Assembly (NCBI GenBank): GCA_965203515.1
Contig: OZ241907.1
Span: 1,472,001 to 1,536,000, forward strand
DNA from: Spirochaetia bacterium
GTDB lineage: Bacteria; Spirochaetota; Spirochaetia; SZUA-6; Bin103
DNA length: 64,000 nucleotides
Direction: 5' to 3'
In this document: positions 59,305 to 64,000 of the stretch, one piece after another
Numbering within the stretch: the stretch's first letter is position 1
Layout: each line of letters opens with the position of its first letter
Translations under genes and position numbers: made by a program
The notes under the pieces: generated by a model
Seen by the model: only the letters and a program-made list of their open reading frames with translations
What the model was told of the DNA's origin: nothing
Databases searched by the model: none

Positions 59305-60126
59305 TCAGTCAGCCGGGGGCTTGGCGGCGCGCAGCGAGAACGACAGCGGGATCGAGCCGTTGCGCTCCGGGAGCCGCCACCAGCCGTCGGCGCCGCGCAC
59401 CATACCCGGCAGCGCCCGATAGTTGCTGAACGGGAACTCGTGGAGGAACTGCAGACGCAGCCCGGCGGCCAGCAGCGCGTTCACGATCTCCGCCATGCTG
59501 TGCTGCCACTCATAGCAGGGGGACGGGATGGTCCCGCCGTCGGTGTAACCAGAACCGCCGCCGTAGAAGGCGCCGGCCGGATCCGGGAAATAGGGATTGC
59601 CGACGCGCAACTCGGAGGAGCCGTCCGGGTCATCGTCATCCGCGAAGATATGGCACAGAGGGTGACCGTCGAATAGATAGAACGCGCCGCCGGGCTTCAG
59701 GGCGCCGGCCGCGACTTTGGCCCAGGCGGTGAGGTCCGGCAGCCACGCCAGCACGCCGGTCGCGGTATACACGATGTCGAACTGCTCCTGCAGCACCCCC
59801 GGCAGGTCGTACACGTCGCTGCGGATGAACCGCGTGTCCAGCCCCAGCTCCGCGCTCAGGCCGCGCGCCAGGTCGATGGCGGCGTCGGAGAAATCGACGC
59901 CGGTGGCGCGCGCGCCGAGCCGAGTCCACGACATGGTGTCCATACCGAAGTGGCACTGCAGGTGGAGCAGGCTCAATCCGGCGACCGGGCCGACCTCCTC
60001 CCGTTCGATCGCGTTGAGCGAGATGCGACCGGCCTTGAAGCCGGCCACGTCGTAGAACGCGGAGGCCGCGTGCACCGGCACGCGGTCGTTCCAGTTCCGG
60101 CGGTTGACCGCCAAACGCCGGTCCAT
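59305..60126 (-). CDS. Class I SAM-dependent methyltransferase
   Basis: LLHLQCHFGMDT, TGVDFS, FDIVYT, WLPDL, LKPGG, GHP. Confidence 0.9.
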   Translation of the reverse strand: MDRRLAVNRRNWNDRVPVHAASAFYDVAGFKAGRISLNAIEREEVGPVAGLSLLHLQCHFGMDTMSWTRLGARATGVDFSDAAIDLARGLSAELGLDTRFIRSDVYDLPGVLQEQFDIVYTATGVLAWLPDLTAWAKVAAGALKPGGAFYLFDGHPLCHIFADDDDPDGSSELRVGNPYFPDPAGAFYGGGSGYTDGGTIPSPCYEWQHSMAEIVNALLAAGLRLQFLHEFPFSNYRALPGMVRGADGWWRLPERNGSIPLSFSLRAAKPPAD

Positions 60127-60165
60127 GGGCTCCCGCGGGGCGGTCTCGTCGAGTCCTCGGTCGAC

Positions 60166-60600
60166 CTACGCGGCGAGCAACGCGAACACCGTCGTCAGCG
60201 AGGTGACGACCACGAAGCCCACGCCGATCATCCACGTCAGCGTATTGAAGCGCTTGTCCACCGTCTCGAACCGCTTGTCGACCGTCTCGAACCGCTTGTC
60301 GATGTGCCCGATCAGATCCTCAAACCGTTTGTTCATATCCTCGAAGCGCTTGTCGACCGCCTCGAAGCGCTTGTCGACCGCCTCGAAGCGCCGCTCCATG
60401 AACTCGAAGCGCTCGTCCATCAGCACCCGCAGCGCCTTGAGCTCTTCCTCGACCCGAACCATCCGCTCCAACAGGGCGGCGGGGACATCGACCGTCTCCG
60501 CCCGAGGGACCACGTGGTTCACCAGCTCCCGGAGCCACGGCTTGACGTAGTCTCCGATGCGGACGACGTCCTCTTCCCTCAGCATCACCGGCTCTCCCAT
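60166..60600 (-). CDS. Coiled-coil heptad-repeat protein, copy 2 (144 aa)
   Basis: Near-identical to copy 1 plus four extra heptads. Confidence 0.85.
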   Translation of the reverse strand: MGEPVMLREEDVVRIGDYVKPWLRELVNHVVPRAETVDVPAALLERMVRVEEELKALRVLMDERFEFMERRFEAVDKRFEAVDKRFEDMNKRFEDLIGHIDKRFETVDKRFETVDKRFNTLTWMIGVGFVVVTSLTTVFALLAA

Positions 60601-60627
60601 CGGCACCTCCCGCTACTATAGCCAATC

Positions 60628-61101
60628 CTACGAGAGCAACGCGAACACCGTCGTCAGCGAGGTGATGACCACGAAGCCCACGCCGATCATCCACGTCAGC
60701 GTGTTGAAGCGCTTGTCCACCGTCTCGAACCGCTTGTCCACCGTCTCGAACCGCTTGTCGAGGTGCCCGATCAGATCCTCGAACCGTCTGTTCATATCCT
60801 CGAAGCGCTTGTCGACCGCTTCGAAACGCTTGTCGACCGCTTCGAAGCGCTTGTTTATATCCTCGAAGCGCTTGTCGACCGCCTCGAATCGCCGCTCCAT
60901 GAACCCGAAGCGCTCGTCCATCAGCACCCGCAGCGCCTTGAGCTCTTCCTCGACCCGAACCATCCGCTCCAACAGGACGGCGGGGACATCGACCGTCTCC
61001 GCCCGAGGGACCACGTGGTTCACCATCTCTCGGAGCCACGGCTTGACGTAGTCTCCGATGCGGACGACATCCTCTTCCTTCAGCATCACCGGCTCTCCCA
61101 T
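60628..61101 (-). CDS. Coiled-coil heptad-repeat protein, copy 3 (157 aa)
   Basis: Near-identical to copy 1 plus six extra heptads. Confidence 0.85.
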   Translation of the reverse strand: MGEPVMLKEEDVVRIGDYVKPWLREMVNHVVPRAETVDVPAVLLERMVRVEEELKALRVLMDERFGFMERRFEAVDKRFEDINKRFEAVDKRFEAVDKRFEDMNRRFEDLIGHLDKRFETVDKRFETVDKRFNTLTWMIGVGFVVITSLTTVFALLS

Positions 61102-61205
61102 CGGCACCTCCCGCTACTATAGCCGATAACGCGCCGGCGGCGCAGGCGCTTCAATCCGTCCGATCGACCGGTACGGTGTCCGGCGACGATCAAGACGAGA
61201 ACGCG

Positions 61206-64000
61206 CTACCTCGACCTTGGGGCGGCCAACAGCATGGCGTCGAGCAGGCGCTTCTCGCGGGCGCCGCGCGGATAGAGCGCCGACAGGGCGTTGGCCAGGC
61301 GCAGGAAGTCGGGGCCGCGCTCGTGCTCGGCCTTGAGCAGCGCTCGCAACGCATTGGCGTGGCCGTTCGCCTGCAGCAGCATGGCGGCGTGCACGCGGTC
61401 GAGCGTGGTGGCGGCCACCGCCCGCAGCTCGACGTCGCCGTCCAGGATGCCGGCCCGGCGGCGCTTGCGGCCGCCGGTGCGGGGCGCGCGGTCCCACTCC
61501 GGGAACAGCGAGCGCTGCAGGCCGGCGGCCGGGTCGGCCTCGATCCAGTCGGCGGCGGCGCCGGCGCCGGCGTCGCCAACAGGTCCTTGGCGCGCTCGGC
61601 CACCGGCAGCAGGCGCACCACGCCCTTGGCCTGGGCGATGACGCGGCCGGTCCAGCGCTCCAGGTCGATGCCCATCGGCTGCGCGAAGCGGCGCACCACG
61701 TCGAACGGCAGGTTGAGGCTTTGTGCCGCGGCCGCTTCGTCCTCCTCGTCGTCTTCCACGCCACGGCCATCGCCGCCGGCGTCGGTGGTCTGCAGCGTCC
61801 AGAGGAACAGCGCCGTGAGGCGCGCGTCTTCTTCCAGCGCGCCGGTCATGCCGTTGCGGGCGCGGGCTTCGGCGGCGCCGAGGACGGTTTCGAGGGCGGC
61901 GCGGCCGACCACCTCCCACACCTTTTCCAGGTACTCCGGCAGGCCGACCGTGCGCCCGGCGGCGGTCTCGACCGCGCGGTAGCGGCTGTAGAGTTCGAGC
62001 GCCGGGCCGATGCAGGCGAACACCAGGTCGGCGCCGCGCACGCCTTCGCCCTGCAGGCGCGCCATCCACTCGGCGACGCGCACCGGCAGCGCGTGCAGCA
62101 CGTCGGCCCAATCGCCGACCGGCGCGTCGGCCGGCCGCGGCCGGCAGATCAGGTGAATGCTGGTGGCCAGCGCGGCGGAATCGCGCGCCCGCAGTCGGGT
62201 GCCCAGTTCGGTGGCGATCGGCCAGGAGCCGGTGATGGTCCAGCCGCCGCGGATCATGCCGACCAGCAGCGCCTCCCAGCCTTCGGTGGTCTTGTGCGCG
62301 AAGACGACGGAGCCGACGCCGTGTTCGGCGAGCATGCGGCGTCCCTCGGCGAACGCTCTTGCCATCGTCTCCTCGAACCACCGGCGGTCCTTCGGGCGGC
62401 CATCCTGCCGCTTGGTCTCGTCCTGCACCGCCTCGCGTGTCTTGGGAGACAAGCGATTATCTGCGTCGAACGGGTCCCGCAGGAGTGGATGTCCGGGCAG
62501 CGTGCGCTTGAGCCAGACGAGGAAGAAGTCGGAGAGGTCGGCATACGGAACGGCGTCATAGTAGGGAGGATCGGTAAACCAGACCGAGGCGGACTCGTCG
62601 GGGAGAGGATGGTCGGTAGCGTCCGCCGGCTGAGTCTGGCCCCGACCGCGGCTGACCGATGCATCGACGACATCGGCGATAAGTTCGTATCCGCTTTGCC
62701 AGTTGCCCGGCGCTTCGGCTGTTATCACGACCTCCGCAAAGTCCCACACCATGGGGATCGCCTGGCGACCGAACGTATGCTCTTCTCAGCCATGGCATTC
62801 CATCGAGTACACGTCATGTTGCTCATGGATACGCGGTTGAATGCGCAGGCTAATATCGAGGCGATCCCGGCTGCGCTGCCGCTCCGAACGACGTCGAGTA
62901 AGTTGACCAGCGCCATTTTCTGGCGAGCGGAGAAGAGGTCGGCCCAGCGGAGCATGCCGTAGCGCTGCACGCGGAACCCCAGCGTGCCGATCGGCGGCAG
63001 CGGTTCGTCCGGCACTGGGCACAGTCCCTGCTTGCCGCCGCGCTCCCACTCGCCCAGCAGCGCCGCCAGCCGCTCCTGCGCCCGCCGCACCGCCGCGTAG
63101 TCCGCCTCGCCCGCCGGCCGGTAGTGCCGCCCCGGCGCATCCGCCCGCAGCGTCACCACCGCCGTCAGCCGCGCGCCGCCGGTCCGCCGTCCGTCCGCGT
63201 CGAACACCGCATCGGCGCCGCCGCGCTGCGCCGCAAGCTGCGCCCGCACCCGCTCCGGCGCCAGCACCGCGCCGCAGCACAAGCACGCCGCCCGCGCCCG
63301 CGCCACCGTACCGCCCGGCACCTCCGCGTCCGCCGCCGGCGTGAACACCTCGAACCGCACCGCCGGCGGCCCCTCCGGCCGGCGCTCCACCCGATAGCGC
63401 AGCGCCCGCTTGCGCTTCGGCTTGCGGCACAGCCAGAACGAGCGCATCAGCGGCAGCTCCGCCCCGCACTGCGGCGCCTCGCAGCGCACCGTGCGCGCCC
63501 ACAGGTAGGCGATCGGCGTCTCCCTGTCGGGGTCGGCCGGGTACAGGTCGGCCAACTCCTGCGCCGCCGCGTCCCGTATCTCGCCGCCGGCCCGGCGCAG
63601 TTCAGCGGCCAGCCCCGGACCGTGGCGGGGGATGTCCTCCAGCATCACCTTGAGGATCAGGCACGCCACCGGGTTCAGGTCGCTGGCGAACGCCTCGCAG
63701 CCGAGGCGTAGCGCCTCCAGCGGGATGGAGCCGCCGCCGGCGAACGGATCGACCACCAACGGCGCCTCCTCGCCATGCGCGGCCCGCACCAGTTCGCGGC
63801 CGACGCGCAGGCAGGTCGAGTGCGCCGCCAGGTCCCAGTTGGCGAATTCGCCGATGAACCGGAGCAGCGCGGCGCGCAGCTCGGCGTCATCCGCCGGCGG
63901 CTGCCGCACCGCGCCCAGGATGGCGCGCGCCTGCCGCTTGAAGGCGTCGGGGCAGTGCGGGTCGAGCGGATCGGGCAGCAGCAGGGCCAGCAGCACGGCG
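61206..64000 (-). pseudogene. DUF1156-type DNA adenine methyltransferase; 5' end outside window; frameshifts at ~62780 and ~61578
   Basis: DPFAGGGSIPLEA, SDLNPVA, AYLWARTV, HTFGRQAIPMVWDFAE, TDPPYYD, FAHK, WPIATE, TTLDRVHAAM spread over three frames. Confidence 0.85.

Noticed and set aside
58866..61175. Diversity-generating retroelement template/variable repeats
   Set aside because: No reverse transcriptase in the window; differences are heptad indels and mixed substitutions, not adenine-specific
1..64000. tRNA, rRNA, integrase, IS or prophage genes
   Set aside because: None recognised by eye; small RNAs cannot be excluded without covariance-model searches

Overview
High-GC bacterial chromosomal window, densely coding. 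No rRNA, tRNA, canonical CRISPR array, integrase or transposase was recognised. Solute-binding proteins with a G-x-x-E motif after the signal peptide, plus many glycan-catabolic enzymes, TA modules, Uma2 and HNH genes, suggest a host-associated Spirochaetaceae-like organism (inference only). Left to right: (1) an amino-group-carrier operon lysW-lysX-lysY-[class II amidotransferase]-lysZ-lysJ with no lysK, followed by a beta-barrel-like gene and a divergent transaldolase; (2) an Fe3+ ABC transporter; (3) an AAA_14 ATPase, an ABC-2 exporter, an adaptor+FtsX pair and a sugar ABC importer; (4) a ~2.3 kb islet with an HNH endonuclease carrying in-frame palindromic repeats, flanked by broken TA and hsdS genes; (5) a long run of carbohydrate uptake/degradation genes (BNR sialidases, heparinase II/III, oligogalacturonate lyase-like, rhamnulokinase, GHL10-like) interspersed with vapBC pairs and an ATPase+TOPRIM pair; (6) three tandem Bdr-like coiled-coil paralogues differing by whole heptads; (7) a frameshifted DUF1156-type DNA methyltransferase running off the end. 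Best candidates for novelty: an Ntn-hydrolase apparently replacing LysK in the LysW pathway, and the hairpin-repeat array inside the HNH gene. All calls come from reading motifs by eye; no searches were run.
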